This document shows, one piece after another, positions 1 to 12,098 of a DNA stretch of 64,000 bases. The stretch's first letter is position 1; the number at the start of each line of letters is the position of its first letter. The translations under genes were made by a program, and so were the position numbers. The stretch lies in NCBI GenBank assembly GCA_001949185.1, contig BDGG01000003.1:3827158-3891157 (forward strand), in the 5' to 3' direction. The DNA is from Ramazzottius varieornatus (lineage: Eukaryota; Animalia; Tardigrada). The notes beneath the pieces were generated by a model. That model was not told where the DNA came from. It did no database searches and saw only the letters and a list, made by a program, of their open reading frames with translations.

Positions 1-780
1 ATCGGACATCCCCCAACACCCACAAACCCCATCATGATGTTGTGAAAGCAATTGTGACCTACTTGTCTTGGTCGGCCAGCAGAGCGTCGCGTTCAGTAGT
101 GGCAGCTGCCAGATCTTTGCTGACTTCGTCCAAAGCTTTGCGCAAATTGGCAATCTCAGATTCATAGCGATCCCGCAGACGTGTAGCTTCTTGCGATTCC
201 TGCGTATTGACCGTCTCGATCTTGCGCTGCGAAAGTAATCCAAATAGTTCATATATCCATTAGTAAAGTAATCAAATAAAGCCATACTCTCATCCACCTG
301 CATACAGTGAACTTTACCATTAATTGCCTTACAAAGTTACAATCAGCATAGAAGTGCACGAAAGCTCAACGGCAAATGCTCTCGTTCTCCACGCACCTGC
401 ATGCACTTGCCTGTATGTAACGCACAGCACAGAAGTATGCAGGTACCTAAAAGTCTAGAATGAAAAGATCTACTTACTCTCAGAACTGTGATTTCTTCCT
501 GTTGGGCTCTGATGGTGTCGATGTAGTGAGCTAGGCGACTGTTGAGGCTTTTCAGCTCCTCTTTCTCTTGATGACGGGTTAGAGGGGAACCTGCCAGACC
601 GGAACCTCCGACTTCCGGCACGGCTGCTCCGGCCGACGGTGTACGATGAGTGCGCGTTTCTAGCTCTTGTCGTTCGTAGATGGTTTGTGTCGTGCTGGAC
701 GACGACGTTTCCGAACGGCTGGTGCTCTGGGCTTGAGCTTTCTGGACCGAACCTCCGCGTTTCTTCGTTTGGGAAGACAT
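1..780 (-). CDS. Lamin-family intermediate filament protein, 5' exons (gene continues beyond the window start)
   Basis: MSSQTKK... head followed by SPLTRHQEKEELKSLNSRLAHYIDTIR, the lamin coil-1A signature. A GT-AG intron at ~229-476 is followed by the coiled-coil exon RDRYESEIANLRKALDEV. Confidence 0.9.
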
Positions 781-3211
781 TTCTGCCAGGACAAGAAAGT
801 CAGAGTCAGTCAACGACGGAAAGGTTTGAAGCGATAATTCGTTGAGCGGAGTAAGCTTCAATTAATCATATCATTCATGAAAAGCCGGCGTCAAAAGGTA
901 TCATTAGCTTCCATCGCGATGGAAGTGTGAGTCTATGACATCACGCAAACGCAACAGCGAAGGAAACTAGTCTATCAACATTCCTCGCACGCCGTGAGCA
1001 ATACGTCAAGTCTCGACGTCTACCAACTACAATTTAAATTTGTCCTCTGATTCCTCTGTACCTCAGAGTTCAGACACATCTATATACTATACGGGACGGT
1101 AATTGTGAAGCTTGATGTTGATGTGGATTCTACAGTAAACTTTCCCTTCTCGAAGTCCTTCGTTTCTGCTAGATGAGATGGATGTCGTATGGACTTTAAC
1201 TGCTTAATTGCCGCTATAGATCACAGAAAAGATGCCGCTCTTGCAGAATTTTTCCTCACAAGCTGTTTAAACTTATGCTAAAGCCATCAATACCGTCATA
1301 TAAGCCACATAAGTCTGCGATTGCGTTATAAAAGTGCCATACAGCAACTTTTTCCTTCGCTGCCCACGTGAAATCCTGTAATCGACCACTGGATCGATTA
1401 CCCGGTCAACATTTCTAGTTCTCTCAATCTGCAGCGTACAATAACGGACTGATGAAGCTTTTGCCGGGCCAGACCTAACGAGGAATATGCGTGACTGGAA
1501 ACAAAACAAATTGAATCATCGCGTCTCTCTGTAATTCCAACATTTCTAACATCGCGAAGCTCAGACTGACGATCCTATTTGGTTCCCTCACCCTAAGAGC
1601 ACGAACTGACAATTCCCCGTCGCCTTCACACACCTCTGCAACCAACCTAAAGATTTGATGATGATCGCTCTGCTCGGGGCAACTTGTATACCAGCACTGT
1701 AGTATCTTCTTAACACCACTGTATATCAATCTGGAACACAAGCAAGGCGAGTAAATCAAGCAACCAATCGACCTCACGCATTACCTACAAACCGGTGAGG
1801 TGCAGATCAAGGACGCTCAGCAGTCGCTATGTATCAGGAATGTCCCTAAAACCCGTCTCGGGACGACACACGGACAACCGTGAGCCATACTTCGGAGCTT
1901 CCGCTGCGAGACTAAGATCTATCCAGCTTTACTAGCGCGAAGAAAACCAACAGGCAACTTACCTTGGGTGAATGACGAGCAAACGACAGGACAAATTCCA
2001 CTCGTTGAAGTTTGTAGAGATCCTTCGTCTCCTTCGGTTGTCACATCCGCGCACCTCGGGATACGTAGCAGAAAAGCAGAAAACAAGAACCACAGGAAAC
2101 CGCAAGTCTCAATGGGAATAAAAATTATTGAAACATGATTTTATCTTGAAAGATGATTTTCCATCAAGATAAAATAATTATGGCCACAATAATTCCACAG
2201 TCCACACTTGGAACCGCTTCCGTCAGTTCCGTACCGTCAAAGTGGGATTCTCCGTTCTATAGCCCAAACGGAACGTGTAATTACACACGCCCGGCTTGTG
2301 GTACCACTTGAAACAGCCCAGACGAATTGTCCATCCCACACCTGCGTACACTGCAGCACTCAATCAATCGAGCAAGTCCCTTCTGCTTACCGCGCGAGCA
2401 AGCCAAAATGGTGGGACCTCATTCCACAGGAAACTTCTGGTTCGAGACTCGAAGCACAGCTTCAGAACGTTCTCCATAAAAGTATCACAATGAAAAAATT
2501 TTGACCAAAGTAGAGAACTGTCAGTTTGGTCAGTGGTGACAAGGCTCCAGCATCCACATCAACAATGTTGTAGGCTGAGCTTCCGTAGGTTGACCAGTCC
2601 TTCAAAGTCGTGAGCCTCTAGCGCCGACACCTCATTCTGCGAAATGTCGAGTTCTTAGAGAGGTGTTAACGCTGCTCCCACCATGCTCTAATTGGCTGAA
2701 TATAGTTTCTATTCAATATCAATGTTCGCCAAGCCGGTGTAGAGGTTGAACCCGTTAGTATTCTCACACAAAATCCGATAAACGCTTCGCGTGCAGTCGA
2801 GAAAGCAGAATCCGGAAGAAAAACTTGGACATCAGCCAACACATTTTGCCACCAGGAAAACTAACAAAGTCCACCATGTGAGTGACATCGTTCTCGTTGC
2901 TCTTTTCGCACCTGATACAGGACAGTATCCGTGATTTTCGTACCTGGCACCCTAAAATTGATACGTGCGAGACTGTCTCTCGGGAATTTACTGTTCGAGA
3001 ATCTGCTTAGTTTTCCAAAAGGCTCAAGAGACCTTCCATCACATATTCACACGAAAGTGCCCGAAGCGCTGCCACCGGCTAAAAGTTCCATCCAAAAAAT
3101 TCGCATCCACGCGTTGTAGCTAAAAGTAAAAACAGAACCAGCATTCACAAGAAACATGAAACAAGAGAACGTCACAAATTTGCATTACGGTAGTACGTTA
3201 GAGCGCACTTA

Positions 3212-5215
3212 TCACAGGTCTCTTGAAGGCTTTGAAGTTCGATCGTCCTCATCGAGACAGTCTTCGTCTTCCTCTTCTTGCGACCCACGATGGTTTGTAG
3301 TATCTAAATCCTCTTCTGGGAGATTTTCTAGACTATTCACTCCGGCTCGTTCCGAAGTCAGGCTAGGTTGTTTTGAGCGGACCAGTGATTCATCGTACGC
3401 CTTCTGCTCCTCGGGACTCCGCTTCTCCGGGACGAACGGTATCCGGTCTCCCCATTTAGCTTGTCTGCTGAGGTTGTACAACGGGCCCGTATGCTTGTCT
3501 CGAGTGGTTATTAGCTCCTTTAGGGTACCATCGGAGCAGCACATGCGACAAATCGCGTGATGGTGCCGCTTCCGGACAGATTCGACCAGGCGCGGCCATT
3601 GTTCGGAGGGTTCCTCGTACTGGCCCTCCGCTGCGCTCTTCTCAAACACCACGTAAGAATAACGCGAAGTCATAGTTGATGCATACCTGAAAGACATGAA
3701 GGGAAGAGGACGAAAGGAGATAGGGAAATGACAGACGACGCTGGAATTGGCTTTGACTTGACGTGGGCAGACCACTTTATGCGGACACTGAAACAGAAGA
3801 TTTGTGAAAGAACTATGGCGAAAATTACAACTGAAGATTACGACGTACGGGAGAGAAAACTTCGCCGGGTTCTGGAATATTCTGGTAGATTTGGGAGATT
3901 TCCTCTTGTTCGAGGTTATCGACTACCCGACGAGAGGACCTTTTCCCCGCTCTGTCGAGCTGGAGGATGTGGTTTCTAGCTTCCATGATCAAATCATACC
4001 CAGCGACTGATCCAAGTTCCACAAGGACGAGGAACCGCTTTGTCTTCTGCCACAGGGACCTCACAGTCTTCAGACGTTCTCTTACGTTGGGAAGGTCCAG
4101 CAGGGAATAGGCACTCGTCACAATGTCGTATTGTCTCTGGAAAAACGATGAAAATATTGGTGGAATTATGCCAGACATGATCGGAAAAAGCTGCTCGATT
4201 CCGAACATACGTCTCGGAGCCCTGGCAAAAACTGTCGATGGAAAACTTCTCGAAGAAGCGGTTCTTCTCCTTTGGTGTCGTTGTCGATGATAGTTTTGGA
4301 CATCTCGATCATGTCAGCCGACGAGTCGACGCAGACATACTCGTTCAAGCTCTTACCGAAAACTCCGTTAGCCGCGAAAGGTACAGTGCCGACGCCAGAG
4401 CCGAAATCCAACAGCGACTGCGGATGGAAGTCGGGCCGTCTGGAGGCTAGTTCGGTGAAGATCTTACTTAGGACCCCGTATTCTTCCGGAAAGCGACAAA
4501 CGATGTACTGAGCGGCCAAGTAAGGAGTGTAGTAAATCGGCTGCCAGTGGTAGAATTCCGATCGCAGTTGCGGTAAAACCTTCTCAGCTAGGTCCTTCTG
4601 TAGAGCCATCTGCTCTTCCGGACTCATCTTCGCCCTCTTCATCTTGATATCGTCTAACAAAACAGGCTGATCGATAGAACCACGACTGTAGGAAATCATG
4701 TTAATTCGCCCCCCTTGAAATCTACTGGTGACGACAACGCGGAGGAGGTCACAAGCAAAAGCAGAGGGTGGCCGACACAAACGTCTTACCTCGCTCCATA
4801 ATCTGTCGTTCGAGGGTTTTCGCTCTCGTGCGAATAACACCATCTTTCGCAGGTGCTCTACGGTTTGTTAATAGTCTCCGAAGCTCGGCAGAGTCTTTTC
4901 GAAGCGCTATCGGATCGAACTCTGCAAGATGGAAAGTGTTTATCTGGGTTGTTTCAAAGTGCGTGGTATGTGTTGGTACGTACTAAGCAGTGCCCGGTTG
5001 ATCGCGATAGTCAGATTTACAGGTAACTCGTTCGCTCCCAGTCGATCGTTTCCAGGTAGATCTTTCGTTTTGATCGCTTCATTCCGGACAATGGGCTCCA
5101 CACTTTCTTCCAGATCCCACTTCAACGTCCTGTCAGCTCGAACGCCGTAGTGTCGCCGGAAGACGCGCAACACATGTACATCGTTCGGACAAAGCGATAA
5201 CCGAATTGCTCGCAT
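3212..5215 (-). CDS. METTL17: Mitochondrial small-subunit assembly methyltransferase-like protein (METTL17/Rsm22), multi-exon
   Basis: Motifs FHPQSLLDFGSGVG, YDIVTSAYSLLDL, LVLVELGSVAGY, VFSP-CPH and SRQAKWGD. Exons join by GT-AG introns. Arg-rich N-terminus consistent with a mitochondrial presequence. Confidence 0.9.
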
Positions 5216-6141
5216 GTTGCAAATGACTACTCGACGGTATCCGGTCTTGCGAACCAAAGGGTAGTTTCGGAAAACCTTGGAGAGATCAGCAGGAACTCAG
5301 CGCAATGTAGGGAAGAAGGTCAAGAAACTGAGGAATTAGTAGCGATGGCGAGACGGACAGGCCGTCTTTGCAGATCAAGTTACGGCCTGCCATCAGTAGG
5401 CCGTACTGTAGCTCCGCCTTGGTGGACCATGGGGCACAGTCCTCAGCTAGTCGCAAAGTTGTGATTCAGACCTTCTGCTGTCAATCGTGTACATACAAAC
5501 ATGGCTCGACAATCCAGTCGAGATCCGCTACTGGCTTCCGTTTGCTTGTTGCAGGTTGATCACCTCCGACGGCCACCGACTGGAAAGGGATCTTCGCAGG
5601 CGTCTGAGATACTTCGGAGAGGGACTACTTTGGTTCGTGACCGTCGCATATTGTTAATGGTTATTCGACCATATGGTATGTCCATTATTCGCACCAGATG
5701 GTGCGTGACTATACGTCTACGTGTTCGTCGTATTATGAAATTTCAATTAAGCTGCACTAATAACCTAAGTTAAGACGTCTCCGCTATCTTTTTCCAGGTA
5801 CAGTACTAGCGAAATCCCGTCTGCGGTCGTCGACATATTTCCCTTTCTGGCATGCCGCTTGTTACTAGATCCGCAGGAAGACAGAGGGCGGAAACAACAA
5901 CGCTTCTGCTAATGCGCCATACAGTTGACTTCCGGTGCTAATTGCTCCACCTGATGCATGCATGTCGATTGTCCTCCACCACGCCGCTGATCATTAAATC
6001 GCTCCATTGCACTCTACGTAACTACTGCTTGGTCCAAGGACGAGATGAAGGCTTATGCCAGCTGCACGATTATCCACAGGCAAATGAAGATCTTTCGTCT
6101 GATTTCCGGGTAGGTTGATCGTTATCGGGTTATCCGTACTA

Positions 6142-7462
6142 CTGTAGTGCTACCGAATTATCGCGCACTTAACCACGTGACTAGTCATCGTTGCCCGATA
6201 TGGTCAGCTTTTGCCAAAACTGTATGGATTGATTGACTTGATTGTGTAATTCAGTCGTTTCCGGAACAACATCTAGTTGAAATTCAGGTATGTTTCGAAG
6301 CTTGAGAAGATTTATCATGGCTAAACCCCGCACCTTCTACACCGAGAGAGACGCAAAGGAAGCTTTGAAAAACTTTGAGGAAAGTGGATTATCCAGAAGA
6401 AGATATGCGAAGTTCACAGAGATACCTGAATCGACGATACGTCACTGGAGGTTAGTAGAAGCACACCTGATGCGTTTACCTGACGATACCTCATGTTTCT
6501 TCTTTACAGAGAAAAGCTATCAGGCAAACGTGGACGGAAGAAGAGTCAGCAGGTGCTGAATATGAAAGCCGAAGTAAGGAAGAGAATAGTGAAGAAAATA
6601 GAGTCGAAAAGAATCACCCGCGATTCGGACATGAAGGATGCTGACCAAGTATCGAAGGAGCTAAACTTGAAACGTAACGTCTCTCGGGCCTGGGTCTGGA
6701 AATGGAAGAAAGCCAACGGAATCACGTACAGGATTCCCACTAAGGTTGGTAGGAAGACTAAAGACACTGAGGAAGATATCAAAGCAACGGAAAAGTACGA
6801 AGCGCAACTGGAAGAAATTCACAACCAACTGATCGATCCTTCGACCATCTGGAATATGGATCAGACTTCCTTCAAGCTTCAAAACCCTTACCGTAAGACT
6901 TCAGCGCTCAAGGGAGCAAATGAAGTCTCCAAAATCCAGCCTCCAAGTGATCAAGAGAACATGACGGCGTTGCTGATGGTTGCAGCCGACGGCACAAAAT
7001 ATCCTGCCGTGATCGTCTTCAGAGGCGCCAAGAAGACAGGTGTTCTTTCGGCCAACGTCATGAAGAAGCTGAATATTCTTGAAAATGTGATCGTGAAGAG
7101 TAACCAGAAAGGGTGGTGGACCAATGACTTCGATCTGGTATACCTAAAAGAAACTTTTCCCGCTAACGACACACAGGTAACCCATTTCGTTAACTTTGTG
7201 TCGCAAGCATGGGAAGAGGTTTCTCCTCTGACTATTGACAGCTCTTTCGTAAAGGCTGGTGTTCTGCCAGAACCAACTTACATGCTGGCAGAGTACGTTC
7301 CAGCTGGAGATGATCCATTCGAGTTCGACTTTTCAGAGTGAGATTGTCCTTGCCGTTTGGCTGTTATTGATGGTTGGTAAAACAGTAAAGCGTCTATAAT
7401 TCCCGGTCGGGCATCATTACTAGTCACGTGGTAAAATGCGCGATAATCTGGTAGCACTACAA
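6142..7462 (+). mobile_element. pogo/Tigger-like (Tc1-mariner superfamily) DNA transposon, internally deleted
   Basis: ~56-bp TIRs (CTGTAGTGCTACCGAATTATCGCGCACTTAACCACGTGACTAG... and its imperfect reverse complement ending at 7462), with TA on both sides. Spliced ORF 6317-7341 has an HTH, IWNMDQT, LMVAADGTKYPAVIVFRG, NQKGWW and AWEEV, but lacks the middle of the DDE domain. Confidence 0.9.
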
Positions 7463-7588
7463 TACTTAGAAAATAATGATTACATCACATGGTTACTGCA
7501 TGGTTTCCTTTCTAGGTTGTTTGATGGGTCTTTCGCTTCGATTTTACTTCGTTCAGGCAAGTGAAGCTTTATTACGACCATCAATAAG

Positions 7589-10500
7589 ATGACGCAGCCC
7601 ACTCTGGATGCTTACGACATCGCTGGAATCGTGGTTTATTTTGTGGTTGTTGTTGGGGTTGGCTTGTTGGTAAGTCGCTTCTACCTGTTGACATTGCGTG
7701 CCGAAGTCTCATACAACTGACCATTGATCTGATTCCGTTATTATCCCCTGTATTCTGTTTTGACTTTGTTCCAGTCTATGTGTACATCAAAAAGGAACAC
7801 GGTTACCGGATACTTCCTGGCAAACAAGGAAAATGCCTGGTACATTGTAAGTGATTGCTTCGTTTACTCTTTTGATGTATGTCGCTCTCGAGATTCTTTA
7901 CGGCTGATATTGTCATCCCGCAGGTTGGCGCTAGTCTCTTCGCTTCCAACATTGGCACGGAACACTTCATCGGTCTGTCTGGGTCCGGAGCGGCAGTCGG
8001 TAATTGCTTCTCATAGGCAATAGTCGCTTCGTTGACTTTGTAAATGTTTTACGTCTGCAGTTTGGCTTCATTGAATCTACCTAATGGCTTTCTTTACAGG
8101 TGTTAGCGTGGGAGCTTTCGAAATAAGTGTAAGTCATGCTGAATCAACATAATCCTGTAGTTACCCAGTCCCATCTCGGTTCGCTGACGTAGCACAAGCT
8201 CGCAATGATGACTGATGAAACGTTGACATTGCAGGGACTTGTCGCTCTCCAGGTACTAGGATGGGTGTTTCTTCCCGTTTACATCGCCAGCAAGGTATGC
8301 AGGAACCTAAAACGATGTCTAGAGACTGTGAAAATAAAAGAGATTGTTTTATTCTATAGGCGTACACGTTGCCGGAATATATCAAGAAGCGTTTTGGTGG
8401 AACGAGGATACGAGTATACCTGGCAGTGCTGTCGCTGACGCTGTACATTATCATCAAGATATCGGTAAAATTCTTCGCGACTCTTTTTAAATCTCAGATG
8501 TCAGACAGCTTGTTGGTGAGCGTGAAAGCGACGTGGGCTTGATCCTCACCCGTGTTACTGGCTTAGGTCGCGCTGTATGCGGGGATCCTCTTCATCAACC
8601 AAGGGCTTCACTGGAACAGATGGCTGGCCATCTTACTGCTGTTAGCCATAACAGCCGTCTCCGCAGTCACGGGAGGTCTAAAAGCTGCCATCTACACGGA
8701 AGTCCTTCAAGCGATCACCACCATAGTTGGAACTGGGGCAATTTTCGTCATCGGTAAGACCTTTCTGCAGTGCGATGTTTGCCCAACAGACGGTAACCTA
8801 CTAGGCTTGCGTATTGATATCTCTATTTTCCGGACAGCGTTCATCCGAATTGGTGGATATCAGAATCTCGTCAAAGAGTATCCGAACGCTCGACCAGACG
8901 CTTTTAACTCCTCGCTGTCTATGGTCGGATGCAACAAGCCTCTTCCAGATGCCTTTGTTATGCTCCGAGAACCTACGGACCCTAACCTCCCATGGATCGG
9001 GTTCTTGCTGGGTCAGAGTATCGTGTCTCTTTGGTATTGGGCTGCGGATCAGGTAAACACTTGTTCAGACGTCTACTTGTTGGGTCTGTCCAGGTCATAA
9101 ATATGCTTCCTTCAGATGATGGTCCAGCGCGCACTTTCGTCGAAGAGTCTGTCTCACGCACGAGGTGGATGCCTGGTTGCCGGATATTGCAAGTTCGTCT
9201 TCCTGTTTGTCACGATCCTTCCGGGGATGATCGGAAGAGTTCTCTGGCGCAGTAAGCACTGAAGACAAATATATTTCCATGTTTGTCTCTTTCCATACTA
9301 CTTTATCTGGTGGAAGTTATGAGCTTGGTGTTTTACAGATGACATTGGTTGCGCTGATCCAGACCAGTGCGAAGCAATTTGCGGAAACCGGCGTGGATGT
9401 GGCGACACCGTCTACCCACGTCTCGTGATGGAACTCCTGCCTTCCGGGTTGCGAGGTCTTATGTTGGCTGTTATGCTAGCGTCCCTCGTTTCCGACCTTT
9501 TGTCCATCTTCAACTCCGCCAGCGCTCTATTCACCATCGACATCTACAGCCGAGTTAGGCGCAAAGCCACCTCCAGAGAGATCCTCCTCGTCGGACGACT
9601 CTTCAACGGTCTCCTCCTAGTCATCTCAGTCTTATGGCTACCTCTCATCGATCAGCTCCAAGGCGGTCAACTCTTCTTCTACCTCAAGTCCGTCGCAGCC
9701 TACCTCTCTCCACCTATCGGCGCCATCTTCGTCCTGGCGGTCTTCTGGAAACGCTGTAACGAGTCGGGTGCTTTCTATGGGCTGATGATAGGCCTCATAA
9801 CCGGCGTGATCCGCATGGTAAGACTCAGAAAACGTAAAAATGACTCGAAAGATGAGAATCGAACCGAGGCTCTCCGCCGTCAGGACAAGGAATGGACCAT
9901 CGCGCCACACAGTCGCTCGTGACTCAGCGAAAACGCTGTTGCATTTAATATGACATAACATTATGACATTGAATTACATCACCTAATGTTACAGGTCTTA
10001 GACTTCGTCTATCGTTCACCGGAATGCGGACTTCCGGATACTCGTCCGCTGGTCACGAAGAACCTCCACTACTTGTACTTCGCTTTCATCTTGTTCGTCT
10101 TAACTGTTCTTGTTGCGGTTGTTGTGAGTCTAGCTACACCGGCTCCGGCAGAAGAGAAGCTGGTTAGGACGACGTACGCTACTCGGTTTGACAGTACGCG
10201 TCGACCGGATGACTTCATGTACGACAGACGGAGAAGTCGGCTGGCTTCCTTGACGAAAGGACAATCTTCGGTGAGATTTATTGGTGACACTTTCGAAAAG
10301 TTGCCTGAAGAGGGAAAGAGGCCGGATAGTCCGGTAGCCGGTTCTGTTGGGGAGAACCCAACCATGCAATACAGTGGTTCTGCGAGGAACAATGTGACAA
10401 TCGTCGCTGATGTGAAGGGAAGAAGTCCTCCTGTGACACCGGTGCCTGTTGACAAAACTGATACTCTGTCTTCTTTCAAGTCTTTCATGGGACGAATGGT

Positions 10501-10767
10501 GAACTGGTTTTGTGGGTTCAGTCAGTTGACCATGGAAGAAAAAGACGAGCATGATGTAAGTCTGAGTTCGACAATAGGTAATTCTCTTAGAACGATCTTG
10601 ATGATGGTTTATTTTTTTAGGCTCATTTGGTAAAGGTTTCGTCGCTGGAGCAAGATCCTCGTGCAAAGTGGTTCCTCAATATAAATTTGGCAGTGCTGCT
10701 CTTCCTAGTGTTTTTTGTTTTACTGTTTTTCTCCACGAACCTCCATGATTTTATGGTCTCTGGATGA
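7589..10767 (+). CDS. SLC5A sodium/solute symporter (SMIT/SGLT-like), multi-exon
   Basis: [78 protein letters not shown], and the terminal TM segment. Confidence 0.93.
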
Positions 10768-12098
10768 TCCTGTGATTCCTGAATGTTTCGTCCATTGTTA
10801 GCGAAGAGTGATTTGTTCGCTGCGTGCAAGTTCCTCTTTTTTGAAACTCAGAGCATGGCTGGAAAATTCTATTAATTTATTGAACGTAAGTGCAAATTTC
10901 ATTCACGTGTGGAGGTTAGTTTCCTGTTTGAGCGCAGGAAAGACTAGTATCTTTGAAAATAAAGAGGCGTTTCGTTGGTCCGATAACAAGGATCATGTGT
11001 GGTCAAGCTTTCCGCTCATCGAATTGGCCTCTGGACTAATTCAAAAATTCATCTGATTATTCAATGCCAGAACGACAGCGCATGCGAAATCATTTTGGCG
11101 ATGAACACTGACCAGTAGTTGAGCACCCGTAAAACTTACTGTGCTGATTGACAGGACGCTCATCCTCCGCTGATACCTGCGTACAAGATCTTGGACACTC
11201 AGCGTGCCGTAAGGTTACACACGCGCATCATGCGGGTCTCTCTGTTTGTTCTCTGGTTTGCGGTTTTCCACAGATAACTTCAAGCCTTCAAATTTAAGTT
11301 GCGAATCTTCGTCCTGCACCACTCCACCTTCAGCGGTTAGGTCAATATCCCAGTTGGCGTTTTTAGCATACTTTACTCACACGAACTTTTACCAGTTTCT
11401 CTGCCGATGCTTACAGAGTATCCGTGGGTTAGAATGAAGCGTTGACGCCATTTTGGGACCAGGATGTCAGTAAATGCATTTACCTCAGCATCGACCCGGA
11501 CCGATGTCCGAAACAGATTGCGAAGATACTTGCGAAGTCATCCGCCCCTCAATCAGCAACCTCCAAACTGTGTCTGGTCCCCAAGTCTCACGTCTGGTCC
11601 CACGGTATCACGAAGAACATATCTGCGATGAATCCACGATGGTTTCTGGCCTATGGTTTTCCCCACAAGGAAGTTGATATTCGGGACTGGTTCATCACTC
11701 CCTTTTCAACTTTGAAGAAGAGCTTCAAATTTTATGATTTTATCCCGTTTCGCCGGTTAGGTATGCCATAATTCGCCGTTAATTTATTATCAAGCTTGCG
11801 GCTCTTCTCCAAAGAGTTTTTGTCGTTGTACCTGTAACAATAACTGTGTCCAGGTTATTGTTTGCTTGATGTCGATGCGCATGCAGAATCTTGCTGATCA
11901 GTTTTTATTACCAGCCGCTATAGTCCTACCGTCCTGGTTTTTCAGTTGGTTCTTGAGTTGAATGCTTGGTAATATTTTATCAAAAGAAGCGCCTACAGTA
12001 TCGGAACTTGTGCGTCATAACAGCAGACTTGAAATGAAAAGACTAAAACTAGAATGTGGTGAAAGGCTAAAAGCTTATTACCGTGAATACTCGGTCTA

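Noticed and set aside
11442-11771. 109-aa + strand ORF, along with the many other short or antisense ORFs in the track
   Set aside because: No motifs or splice support. Most are shadows of exons on the opposite strand or start at non-ATG codons.
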